Shown here piece by piece: positions 25,086-37,800 of a stretch of DNA of 64,000 nucleotides. A model generated the notes under the pieces. The model ran no database searches. It was given only the letters and a program-made list of their open reading frames with translations, and was not told the origin of the DNA. Position 1 is the first letter of the stretch. Each line of letters opens with the position of its first letter. The translations under genes were made by a program, and so were the position numbers. Source of the stretch: Takakia lepidozioides (taxonomy: Eukaryota > Plantae > Bryophyta); NCBI GenBank assembly GCA_030704615.1, contig CM060734.1, forward strand, positions 52,638,001-52,702,000. Direction: 5' to 3'.

Positions 25086-26041
25086 CTGACTTTCCAGTCT
25101 GTGACATGGTACTCATTCTCTCCCTCTCAAAATTGGGTGTTTCTCAATGGCCAGAATTCTACAGCAAGCAAAGTACTCTTTTGTCCTTGTTTTCCTGATT
25201 TCCGTTCTCAGGTGCACAGAAAGGTCAACAAGTACACTTAGCAGTAACTTGGAGGAACTAATGCTCAACTCTAATTTACACCATACTACTTGTGAGCCTC
25301 CAGGTCAACAAGTGGTACTCCAGGAGTATCCCAAGGGACCTTTAGCAAAGTCGAAAGTGCAACTAAGCCATAGGTACTTTCAAACAAGAAAGTAGCAAAT
25401 GGAACAACATAGTAAATGATCCATGAGGCGAGGTGACCATTTTCCAATTGCGATCCAGTCAGTGTCGTAAGCATCCTTGCGTAGGAGGGATGCCCTTGTC
25501 GCAAGTCTCAAATAAAGTGTTACCACACTTTTCTCCTTGCTAGTATCATTATGAGTATTAACGGTTAACCCTCCTTGGTCCAAAATTTGGGGTGAGTTCT
25601 TGTATCCATTATAACTTTAGGCAAAAGTTGGTTTAAAGGCAATCTGGGTTCTTCTGTTTGTATATATCTTAAGTGGCAGCAAAGGGTTCATAGAAGGAAT
25701 ATTTGAAGGCCCAAAACTGTTTTCAGGGGTGCTTGGCTTTCGCGCTCTCTTGTCCTCCCTACTAATGTGGGTGGATGGTCTATATGCTAAGGACTTGATT
25801 CAATAGCCCTAAGAATAAAAATGAGGAAGTAAGTCTATTATTCTAGATGAGCAAGTCTCTTCACGGATTGCATACATAGTCTTAAGCAAGGCGGGGCTGT
25901 AGAATTGCATAGCTCATCTAGAACTTTAGACATAGTCTTAGCTATAGAAGGGTACTCAAATAGATTCACTTGTATTAGTAGGACATTCAACCTTACTTGC
26001 ATGGAAGCTTACCTCTTAATAGCAAGAATTTGTTGTTACAG

Positions 26042-27034
26042 GTTTGTACGTCACCCTGGCTACTTGGGTTTTTTCATCTGGTCAGTGGGTACTCAGGTGT
26101 TGCTTTGCAATCCAGTTTGCACAGTTGGCTATGTTGTTGTCACATGGCGATTTTTCAACGACCGCATCCCATATCCTTTCCAACTTCCCTTACCAGAATG
26201 TTTGTCACTTGGTCATGAGGCATTCACGATTTACTATTGGTCTAAACTGCTTTTTCGGGAGGCTCTGATGTCTTTAAACTAGAGTCGTTTTTCTTATTTA
26301 GAACTGGTTTTGTCTCCAGAAACAAGAAAAATCACGAGGGTATAGAACCTTAGAAATAGGAGGCCCTTGTGTCTTTAACGTGGAGTCTTGTTTTCTTCAG
26401 TTCTACCATTTTTCTCCATAGAAAGACAAACAGTGGAATTTAAACCCATCTTGTTGTTACCATAGCCACTTACCAGAGGTTGTACAAACGTTTGGTCATA
26501 CGAAGTCATTCTTGCCTGCTATGTCCCTCGACTCCCTAAGTGGTTCATTCATTGATTCGATCTTGTGGCAGAGATGGAGGTTCACCATTGTGGAAGTCAC
26601 CATCAGTTGAGGAACTATTTTTGAGTTCTTATGTATAGAGTAATGTTTCCGTTTGAGAGCCCCAGAGCGAGGGCGGAGCCCAAGGTCTGGGTTGCAAAAA
26701 CCTTGTCTGGGCTCCTGTCAGCTTCTGACATGCAGACATAATCCATATCAGCGGGTGACCTTACACTTGTAAGGTTACCTTATGGGCATAAGGTGGCCCT
26801 CTGAAGCACACATATTGGATTCTGCCAGGGGACTGTCCCTACAAAAGGAAGGCAATTTTCTGGCAGATCTTTATGTATACGCGAGTGGTTGGTCTCTGAA
26901 GTCTTCATTTTCCAGATTGGGTACCTTAACATTTACGATTCAGATATGAGGAATATTTTCTACAACAATTTTTTGGGGAACACTACGAGGAATATGCACA
27001 AAAAGTGCCATCAGGCCTCCCCCTAATAAAGTGA
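26042..27034 (+). pseudogene. ICMT: ICMT last two exons (catalytic C-terminus); middle exon(s) not found
   Basis: 26042-26170 FVRHPGYLGFFIWSVGTQVLLCNP..WRFFNDRIP and 26944-27034 YEEYFLQQFFGEHYEEYAQKVPSGLPLIK*. Confidence 0.9.
26171..26943 (+). other. U12-type (minor spliceosome) intron with AT-AG termini
   Basis: 5' site ATATCCTTT; branch site CCTTAAC at 26924-26930, 13 nt before the 3' end; splicing restores RIP-YEE. Confidence 0.8.
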
Positions 27035-28618
27035 TCGTTCTTTGCAGAAGGTCTATTGCATACCATCTTCTCTAGGACTATTATGTGCAAAGTCATTTGG
27101 TATACGTATACGGCTTCTGTCCGAAAGGGGGCAGTAGCCACAAGGTATCCCAGCCATAGTCGGCGTCCTCTCTCTCTCTTTCCTCTCTCTCTCTTTTCAT
27201 ATACGGCAAGGAAGTTTATGCGTGAGCTAGGAGTGCCACAAATGTTACTCAACAAAATGGTTTATTGCCTGACAGGTGAAATGATAATAGTTTTGATGAA
27301 CATTGGGCTATTGTCATTGAAAGACTGAACACTTGGACAACAAAAGCCACATGCTTCTTGACCATAATGCTTTTTCCTAGCATAAGCAGAACTTGACATG
27401 CAGACATAAGACAATCAAGTCAGGTCAGCCTTGTTTGGATTTCCTGAGATATGTCATTGCATTGACATCAGGGCAACCACAATGTGGCGGTGGCTATCTG
27501 TTCTCGTAAGCTTTTCTTTTGCTGCACTATAGCCACTTCTCTCCTCCAAACATCATAAAACTATTACTGGGTGCAGTGCGGTTGGGGTATGTGATCCCCC
27601 AATTTCATACTCTGTGTTTCCGAAGTCTGCTCGTGTGTTTGGAACACAGCCTGCAATTTTGGTAGGGTTGCTTGGGCAAAGGTCAAGGAATTTTACTCAG
27701 CTTGAGATCGGTTGATGCACTGTCTATTGAGATTCACCTGCTCAGCTTATCAGGTGAGAGAATTTCGAGCGCTTGTGATCTGCAAATGTCGCTGTGATCA
27801 TTTTTTCTCTCACACCTCTACCAATGTGTCTGCTGTAAGTACTTTTAAGATTTTTTGTGATCTACTAACTGAAGGGCATAAAGGCTTTGGGAGTTTTGTC
27901 TGCAGCTTTGCTTTGAGGTTCTGAAGGCAGAAGATTAAGTCTTATCAATCATTTTGACTCCATGTGGGGCTGACTCCGGATTCTTTCACCTAACATTCAT
28001 TCCCAATCGAGGTTCCCCTAACCTTTGGTGGTCCCGGTTATATTTTGTAAGATTCCGTTGGTTTTTGGGGTGATGCATGTGACCGCTACAAATATCTAGC
28101 AGCTTGCTGCTCTCTACCCGCTCGCTCTCCTTCACCATCAATGAGAGAGAGATCAGAGATTGGGAAACTTCAAACTTCTTCACTTCAGAATTTTGAAATG
28201 AGGTCTGCCATACTGTCACCCTTCCTTCTTCTATCAGACGAGTTCCCTTTTTCTTACAGTCTTATTTGCTCCTTATTTGCTCTACCAACGTACTTGCTTG
28301 TAGAATAGCTCAAGGCACCAAGAATGAGCGGACCGTGTACCATCCGCTCCTATATCCTATCCGCCCTTATTCATAGTCTAACCATCATTCAAGTCTAGAC
28401 CAGCGCATTGATTTGTCTCAGATCACCTGCAAGTTCCGGTCCATGGCAGACCTTCCTTCCCTCTATTAAATCAGCAAGCTTGAGATCTGTATGGCTGTTC
28501 TGCACCGCATGCCGTACTTCACCAGAGATCTTGTCAACAACCTGTTTTCACCCTACAAATGTAACAAGATTTCCTTGCTCAAGTCTCACAGTTTTTGTTC
28601 TGGAGAATGTTTCGAAGG

Positions 28619-31600
28619 CTATCTTGTTTTCGTGGTGTTCATGGTCAATCCAAATCCAAATGGGAAAAGCGGATCGTAATGTTTGTCCCCAACGTTCATG
28701 GGTAGCTGGTCAACAGATCGAAACCATGTGTGAGGCAACTTCCCTACGAAATCATAATCCCCAAAAATCACATCGGCGATGCCATTGCCCTCACTGCCGG
28801 GGAGCCAAGCTGCAACAAACGCGTCTATCAAGGGCAAATGGGGTTCCACCACCAGCGGCCTTCCAGAAACCAGTACTACTAAACACTTGACCGAGCCACA
28901 GACATTTTTTACGATCTCAAGGCCTGGATGGGGGATGGTGAGGTTGAGGTTGTCACCCAATGTCTCTGCATAGGGTTGCTCTCCTATCACCACAATTGCA
29001 TAGGCGAATCCTTTGTCCTTGGAAAATTCTCTGTCGGGAAATGGCTCGTACACTACTTCTGTTGAGTCGCTCACTGCACTTTCAATGCCTTGCAAAATAG
29101 TTGTCCCTGCAGCCATAGAAAAACCCATATTCGTATGAAAAACCCATAACTCGTATCACTTTTGCTATGAAAGTTATAGTCACGTGACTACTTATACACA
29201 TGACATGCAGGTGGAGAGGGAACAGAAAGGGACAAAAGAGTCCTATACTGATATCGGGGACACTTGGAAGTTGAAGGATTTAAGCAAATGGAAGGAACGA
29301 GCAATCCTACCAAGTGTCGTGTTGCCCGGACTCCCTTGCCAAGTGATGGTCCATCCTCCACATTGCAAACCTATGTCATTGGCATGGGAGCCGGCGACCA
29401 GAATCTTGTGTGCATCTCTATCCAGAGGTAACAATGGGGCTGACTTCGCAGTCTTCCCATTTTTCAGCAGCACGATTGACTTGCGCACAGCCTCCCGCGC
29501 GAGCACCCTATGTGACTGAGCACCACCATGATAGAAATGCATTCAAATAAGGTTGGTGTTAGGCGACGAGTTCAGACAGGAAGTCTAGAGCGAGAAATCT
29601 CGCTATCACACAGATTAGCGGGGATACTGAACAACCTCGATACAACAGCATCTGAGTAGCTAATTGCACTGTAAAAAGCAGAAAGTATGTGAGCGAGGAT
29701 TACAAGTTGCCCGATAAGAGATGAGCGAAGCTTTCTGTCCGCAAGAGGCTTCTCAAAAAGACCCGTTTGGAACTTGACCCGTAAGATGCGGCTAACAGCA
29801 TCGTCAATCCGTGAGATGGGTATATTGCCTAACCGAACTTCGAGCAGTAGATCCTCGATAAAGGTAGTATAACTCTGACCATTACCCACCATCACCTGTA
29901 GCGCCATTGAAAATTTCGGGCCGGTTCATAGAATCAGTGCATTGTGATATGAGAAATATAGATCTCGTAGATAGAAAGAGAGAGGACTTCAGAAGCTTGA
30001 CTTCCAGCGATGTACATACAGAAACTTTATAATCTGCACTTAAGGCCCTGGGCATTGGACAACGTATGTACAGCAAACCAAGACATACTTAAAAGAAGAT
30101 TCCATTTAACAGTAACCTCGAGGTGGATAATGAATGCATCAATTTTTAGGCCTGCTTACCATGTCAATGCCTGCATGAATTGACGTGAAGACAGAGTAGG
30201 TGTAGTTAGCATCGGGTGGAGTTGTGATTCGATCAATCCCATCGTAGTCTGAGATCGTAAACCCCTGCCACAACATGTAGCACCACAAACAAATCAAGAC
30301 TAGGTCACATTGTGTCGATGCTGTAATTGTTCAAGGAAGTCTTACATTAACTCCAGTGGCCCAGAACTGGACCAGAAGACCTGCTACCACGGTCTCACTA
30401 GCGAGGAATCGGACATAAATCCTCAGCTAGAATTCGGATTGAGAGCACTTGTGGCACTGGTAGTGCAGGAAAGTGGGAACACTAGAGGTCCTTCCTCCAG
30501 GTATCAAGGTAGAGTAGACAAATGTTGGCATTGCAGGAAAATCGGAAACACTCGAGGTCCTTATGCTCCCGGGCGGTATCATTAGCTACAGGTCTTTGTG
30601 TAGTCTATCACCTCTCGCACATGCTACAGATGTGACTTGATTTAAGTCGTGCAGATCTTGGAAATTGTTCCATGAGATCATCTATGTCTAGAAACATTCA
30701 AGTACTAAGCCCATTGTCGACATTTGGGGTTTGCTTGAGATCTGCACAACAAACTACTTTGGAAGTCGTACCTTGAAGCCTATCTGGCCTTTAAGGACAT
30801 CAGTAATGAGAAAGTGGTTGGCGTGCATCTTTATGCCGTTCCAGCTGGAGTAGGAAACCATAATAGTAGACACACCCTTGGCAACGGCATCGAAATAGGC
30901 CTTCATGTGGATGTCCACCAGGCCTTGGTAGCTAATCACTGTGTTATTCTCGTCGATGCCCTTCGTTGTGCCTCCATCTCCTACAAAATGCTTTGCGCAG
31001 GCAGCAACCTTGCGGCTACTTGGGCCAACACATCCATCCCAGTCAGAGATGGATCATTGTGCGAGTGCTTATGCAGGTCTACATCGTGCTTGCATACTTC
31101 TATATGCGCATGTGTAAGTGATGGAGAATGCGGCAAAGGCCAGATAGATTTCAAATCACCATATAGACTTTGAGGTTTTTCTGGAAAGGTCCAACTGGAA
31201 ATTAACAATCAAACACTACATCAAGTAGGAAAGATCAGGAGAGATCGCGCACCGGTTTTTCACATAAGGTCCTTTCCACCCCGCTGGAGCCTCACCCTGC
31301 AGTCCGTCAATGATTGAGGTCATACTGCGAACCACTTCGGGGTTCTCGCTGTAGCTCTCGTAGCAGCGCCCCCACCTTGGGTCTCGACATACCTGCGCTC
31401 GACAAGTCAAAGCTCATAATTTTTAAAAATTCCTGAATGTTCAAATCCATCCTTCTTTGCTGGCCAGTGTCACGCGAAACTTGTAGTAATATGCAAGAGA
31501 TCTGAAACAGTGGGTTTAATGGTGTATTCATCTTGTTCAGGACTGTTGCAATGATTGAGCACTACTGCACCCTACGCAAGAGAGCTCCAGGTTGACCTGA

Positions 31601-33188
31601 CCTATAATTCAGGGCTGTTCAAATCAACAATTGTTAATTGACAAGCACTTTAGAAGATCTCGAAAAGTAGTCTTAATCTCAAAAGGTCGTGCTGCATACC
31701 GCAATGCAGGGAGCAAACACATACGAGATTCCAGTTGCCCGAACCTCGAGGGCTGTGGCAGTCCCTATACGCTTGACCAATTCAGGCTCCCTGTACAAAA
31801 AATCCAAGGTTACGTCGGGAGTGTCTGGAAGCAACATGCAACTACTGCACCCCGCAATTCTCACTCAGCAAAGATGGAGAATTTGAAAGAGAAATCTGCT
31901 CAAATTGAAGGAAGGACGAAAGCATGGATCCGACCACCAGATAGGATATAGTCTAAAGTTTATTGAAGGAGTAAGTTCAAATTCTTCTGGAAAAGAGCTC
32001 TAGCCTTCTTTCGGAAAGGGAATCTTGAAGGTGTTTTGGTCGCCCACCGTGTAGCACCGAGGCCAATGTTGTGGGGGAAGATGGTAGATCCATAGACACC
32101 ATTGTGCCCGTGAAGTGCGTCCATCCCATATATAAGTGGGATGCCTAGTCGCGTGCTCAGAGCTGCTTTCTGGTACCCATCAGTCATGTTCTCCCACTCG
32201 TATGATGTAGCTTCCGGTCTCGGCGCACTCCCCGGACTGCTTAGAATACTTCCTGCACAGGGATTTTCACAATTTCTTTAACGAATTGATGGTCGACTGA
32301 TCAGATAATCATTGAGTGTCAGACGGTCTGTTACTATGGCGAACTCTCCGACATGAATGATGGTCGATTGATCGGTACTATACCAAGTCGCAGATGTCTA
32401 GAACCTCCGTCCGAGAGTTCGAGATCGTACCGAGCAATGGAAGCTTGCTGTAATTGGTTATCAGCACTAATCTAACAAGGTATCTAGAAGACCTTTCCTG
32501 GATCCACAATTTCCATATCCCCTGCAAGCTTGCGATTATATGGTTCAAAGTAAGTAGTTGTCTAGATTGTTGACCAATTACTAGCTACAGCTGTTCAAAA
32601 TGCGGCTGCACTATTCCTCTTCGTTGTTTGATCAGCAGTCCAGTTTTTGAAAACTAAAGGCTGCAATGTCGCACATGCATATACTCAATAATGTGCATAA
32701 TTCTGTACATTCGAAGGTGTTTGAAAGATTTTCTACTAGTTAGTTTACCTTGAATCTTCTCCCTTCCCGAGGTCCCATTTCAGCTGATCATAAGGAGATC
32801 ATAAACCCCTTTCCCACACTCAGGACTTCCGGAACATAACAGGTCCAATTCCCAGGTCTCTCCTGCGGAGCCTCTGAGGATTTTCTGTCTATTTGAGAAG
32901 AATGGACACGTACTACGCTAGTGCTAAGCGTTGCATATACTCACCAATATGGTATTGCTTGATACCAGACGAGTTAGCGAAACCGCTGTCAACCTGTGTC
33001 ATTTGTCCAATTTTCTCCTTCAGCGTCATCCGAGAGAGAAGATCTTTGATCCGCACTTCAATGTGCTGCGATTTGTCCTTGTACAGAAGGTGCTCTTTCG
33101 TCGAATGTGCACCCGCCAAGCCACACACTAGAAGGAGTGCAAGAAATGCCAGTGACAAGTGAGTGTGCTGCAAATCTCTTCCCTCCAT
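28619..33188 (-). CDS. GH3 beta-glucosidase / beta-D-glucan exohydrolase, secreted, 9 exons, apparently intact
   Basis: Exons 33188-32945, 32252-32048, 31790-31700, 31392-31253, about 31015-30772, 30264-30160, 29895-29704, 29515-29311, 29106-28619. Motifs [35 protein letters not shown], nucleophile ISDYDGID, acid/base [11 protein letters not shown]. Confidence 0.95.
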
Positions 33189-33655
33189 TGTCCAGTTGTC
33201 CAACTTCGCCAGCAATCTGAGCAACCTAAGAAAGCCGTGGATGCTTGAGATTGGTCGTGATATCCAAGGAGGAGGTGAGAGAGATCTAGCACTTATCTAG
33301 CAAGAATTTCAATCGTCGATGTTGCACAACTGCTCTGCTGCAGGGGCGGTGGTGCATTTGGTACAACAACTCATTCCTTCGTCCAATTTATACATCTCTA
33401 GAGCACTGATTTGCGGGGGTAGAAGGAGATTGACCAGCTTGAATAGCTTGAATGTGGGTCCTATCTTGTGGGCCAGATCGCTGGAGTAGCTCCCGCTTTC
33501 ACGTGCTTAGAAGTGATACCCATCCTTGTGAGTTCCAACGCTACGATTCTATCTTTCTGATGTTAAGGATTGATTTCTCTTTGTCTCGATGGAGGGTCAA
33601 AGATGGGCGGGATTCAAAGTTGTCATTATTGTTGTTTGGCATCATAACGCTCGTG

Positions 33656-33953
33656 TAGGGAATTCCAAAAAGGCCTTGATGTGAAATGCATCGCAATTCA
33701 CTTGATCACCCCCTAAAAGTGCGCAATTCTATTGAATTGCAAGGGCAATTCAATTGAACTAACCCTAATCTGCAATTCAATTGAATTGTCGGCACACGAT
33801 TCAATTGAATTGTCAACTCGCAATTCAATTGAATTGCAAATTAGGGTTAGTTCAATTGAATTGCCCTTGCAATTCAATAGAATTGCGCACTTTTAGGGGG
33901 TGATCAAGTGAATTGCGATGCATTTCACATCAAGGCCTTTTTGGAATTCCCTA
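33656..33953. mobile_element. Foldback/MITE-like near-perfect palindrome
   Basis: 133-bp arms (33656-33788 and 33821-33953) with 1 mismatch and a 32-bp spacer; internal repeats of the palindrome CAATTCAATTGAATTG. Confidence 0.85.
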
Positions 33954-34083
33954 GTCGTGTCGTGATTGTGTTGCACAGCTGCTGCAGGATTTGCTGAGAA
34001 AAGTCTTCCGGTGTGTCCAACACTACATGGTGAAGAGTCTTTGAAGTAAAACATTTGGGCTTTGTTGGCTCCTCCCAAGTTAA

Positions 34084-34865
34084 CCCCTCAAGGACGACGC
34101 GACAGCGTCAGATTACTTGCCACGCTCCAGTTCCCATGGATGATAAGTGGATGAAGTGAACCTTGAAGATGAATTGTAGATGTCGGAGAGGAGCACATGT
34201 GAGAATTTACAGCGCCAAAAAATCATAAAAGCTCTGCCCCCTAGAATTTTGCAAAGTGCCAGGAAATCCAGCGTTAGAGCACAGTTGACCTGCTTACGTG
34301 GCAACCAAATGGGCAATCTTCAAGATAACATATGGGGCGGGAAATTTATCATAATGCCAAAAAATTTGGACAAGGCACCATGAAATGTTACTGTGCACTT
34401 ACTTACCAGAGGAATTGGGAAAACAAATGTCACCCCATGGGTGTACTTGGAAAGAAGCCAAAACAAGATAATTTACCCCCCAGATTTCACATACAAAGCA
34501 ACCTATCTGAATTTTTGGAATTTTGGTCTGATATTTTTTGGGGAGGCAGTAGTAGGTGCCATATAATCAGATTATGGAGGGCCTTTGTCTAGAAAGATTC
34601 AACTCCATACTTCAATTTTGTGGTCAAACAATTTTTTCCATGCAATTCTTGAATATATTTACAAATTGGGGCATATTAGTTTGTTATAATCTCCGGAATG
34701 CACCTGTCAATTTGCCTATATTTTTGACAGGACATGGATCTAGTAGATATGTATAAGTATAATGTTCATCCCCATGGATGACGGGGGTAAAGAAGTTACA
34801 CCCTTGTCTAAGAATGCACACTTTTTTAGTGGGCCCACCAAAAAAAATAGCTCGTCCTTTATGGG
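34084..34865. mobile_element. piggyBac-like non-autonomous element (TTAA-flanked)
   Basis: TTAA|CCCCTCAAGGACGA ... TCGTCCTTTATGGG|TTAA; TIRs match 12 of 14; related copy at about 43375-43804. Confidence 0.65.
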
Positions 34866-37800
34866 TTAATTCCTATAGCCTTTAAAGGTTGTACCATATC
34901 ACATTTTAGGTCATAACTTTTGGCAGATCTTAATAAATTTGGATGTTTTTTTCCGCACAATCAAATAATATGGCATGTCAAATCCTCTATTTTTATTTTT
35001 ATTTTAATTTATTTGTTTTTTAAAAAAACATCTCCAGCTGACCTCATGCCATTTACCCCAATAGATTGTAAGCTAGAACTTTATAAAACCAAATTTTAAG
35101 AAAATATGGGCCAAATGTGTTGCAGACTGTGAAAAGGCCCCCAGGCAAGCGCCCTCAATCCATGCCGCCTTCAGAGCTACGTGGCCCTGCCATGGCATCA
35201 TTTGTCAAAGCGACGAGCAAGATCTCTGCATATAGAACCCTCTCCCCCCCTAACGCTGGAGAAACCTCCACGGCCTCGCCAGAGTTTGAGAGAGATGTGA
35301 ATTGGAAACATATCAAACACCCTGCCACGACTTCCATGCTCAATTTTCGGTAGTTTGCTCTGATCATGGATTAGCTTCTCGATAATCGATGCTTAGAACA
35401 TGCTTGTATTGATTTATTACGGGCACTATCAGTGTGGCTAGATCCTCATGGTGTCAATAAGGTATTTTTTTTCCCCCTTGTTTGCAATAAATTTCCACAG
35501 CCACTGTCCCCTGTTTATTTTTATTAATAAACCAAAAGTGTAGAAAAAATATTTCATGAATGTGTAAGGTTCTCCGACTCAAAATATTGAGGAGGGGTTG
35601 TGATATATATGTGTGTCTTCAATTTGTACTTAAGTTAGGGATTACGAGGAGACAATACCAGGCAGCTCGCACTCTGAGTACCATGGAAAATCCTTAATAT
35701 ACCTCAGAGAACACCTTAACCCTAAATGCCCACAGGGTAATTTGACTTTCTACCAAAAAAAAATGACCCTATGTTGCAAGGTGCCGTTTTTTCACTCCCA
35801 AAAACTACTACCCCTTTGAAGTGGCCTGAGGCTAGCCACCTACCACCATTGAATTTGGTAGATTATAGTGTTTTTGGGCAATTATTTTTTAAAGGATATG
35901 TTTGGGAAAGAATCTTTCTTTGACCTTGAGGGGCTTTTTGAATTTTGCAGAATGACTACCCCAAATTTTCATAATCTATGTACAAATGCCAAGTGGATGC
36001 CAAATTTCACATTTAATCAAGATTTTATTGCATAGGTTGCTTTGTATGTGTTTTTGGGAGGGTTGAAACAACCTCCATAACAAGCACAATCAGACAATCA
36101 GACCCTCCAAAGCAGGCCATCCCAAAAACCTCCATTACACAAACATCCAACACTTTTCTGGAGCCATGGCCATTACGAAAAATCTAGAGGTCGCATGCCT
36201 GCTCCAAATGGCATGCACTAAATTGGAGAAGATCTACCACCTCATGCGCTATAATTATGCAGAAGGAACGAATGTAAGAAAGTTCATCTACAAAAGTTAC
36301 AATTGTTCATCCAAACAGATAAGGAAGGTAAGGTGGTAGAAGATGTATCTAAGCATGTAGATAATGTAGTCTACTTTTTTATTTGGGAAAGGTGACAGAC
36401 CTAAATTATTGATCATTCAATCGGTCCTAAAACCACAGGGTCAATATGCCTTCCACGCTGACCCCTTCTCCTTAATTTTATTTGAGAAAACAAGAAAGCA
36501 ACAAAAAACCAGGAAAAAATAACCTGGTGGAAGTAAGTAAGAAGTATTATTATGTCCATTGCCAAAAGAGTAAAAGTTAAAGTTTCTAGTGAATTTACAG
36601 AATGCAAAAAAAGGGTGAAAGGCCTATGGGTTCAGAGATTTCCAAATCAGAAACCCCTCTCACCTCCCCTCAAGGAAAATTTGCTCAAGTTTGTCTTGAT
36701 CTTGGTGTGTAGAGTAAACTGACCCTAATTTAGTAGCGTTGGACCATGGAGTACCTACGTTGGAAACATGTAAATTTGTGCATCGAAACTTAAAATGTAC
36801 TTGTGGAATATTTTGTGGTTTCGAGGATTGGAATATTGTCACCAGAATTTATAACTTGAACATTTTAGTCAAGTTGGGTAATCAGTTACTTCCACTTGGA
36901 GAATAATTCATTATGTTGGCATTCAAACACATTGGGCAGGATGCTTTGAGAAAAAAAAAAAAAAAAAAAAAACTCCCCAACCTTCATCGGTCTATGGAAT
37001 AGGGCCTCTTTTTTTCTTTTTTTAAACATTTTACTTCGTTTGGGTTTCCTTGTTGTCATACTTGGTTCCGCTATCATTACCAGTTGGACTTCCAAACCAC
37101 GTGGATTTTTTAGTTGGTGACTTAGACCAACAAGCATGCAACCACCTACACGTCCAATGACAACTAAGAAACCCCTTTTGAAATGCTCCATTTTCTTGGT
37201 CTTGGTTTGTAACGTACACTGACCGTGTTGCCAAAAGGTTAGTGTTGGAGCATGCAAAACGTTCCAAACGTGTAAAATTGTACAGCAAAGTTTAGAATAT
37301 TCCTGTGAATATCTTTTGGGCAGATTCCAAGAAAATTCACAAATTTTGTCTTATTGTGTAATAAACCAAGACTCACTAGAGCACAGGACTAGCCGCCAAC
37401 GATGACCCCGACATGGAGGTACGGGAAGCTCTAATAATTGTGGAGGATGAGGATTGGTTGCTGGTCTAGTCAGCAATGATCTGCTTTGGAAGTCCAACTC
37501 TTGGAGATGAGTTAAAGCTACCAACCTGCCTCGTGGATCAGTCTCGGATCAGTACGTCACTCACTGCGCCATGTATGATCAGTGCTCCCGTGAGCAACAA
37601 GGTAGGTTCACGTAAGCACAACACTGCCTACATGAATATTTGAGAGATGTTTGTGGACGAAATGAAACATGATTCCTTGTGCCAACGTGAGCCTGCGGGG
37701 GGTGGGAGTGACCTCCCGGCCCCACAGGTCCACGGTTGGCTTTTGCAGTTTGTGATTTTGATACTGTAAGCAAAGCCTTATCTGTAGATGTCAGAGCAGC

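Noticed and set aside
34870-37500. AT-rich TE-like region starting TTAAAGG (Kolobok-like end)
   Set aside because: No matching inverted terminus or transposase motif found.
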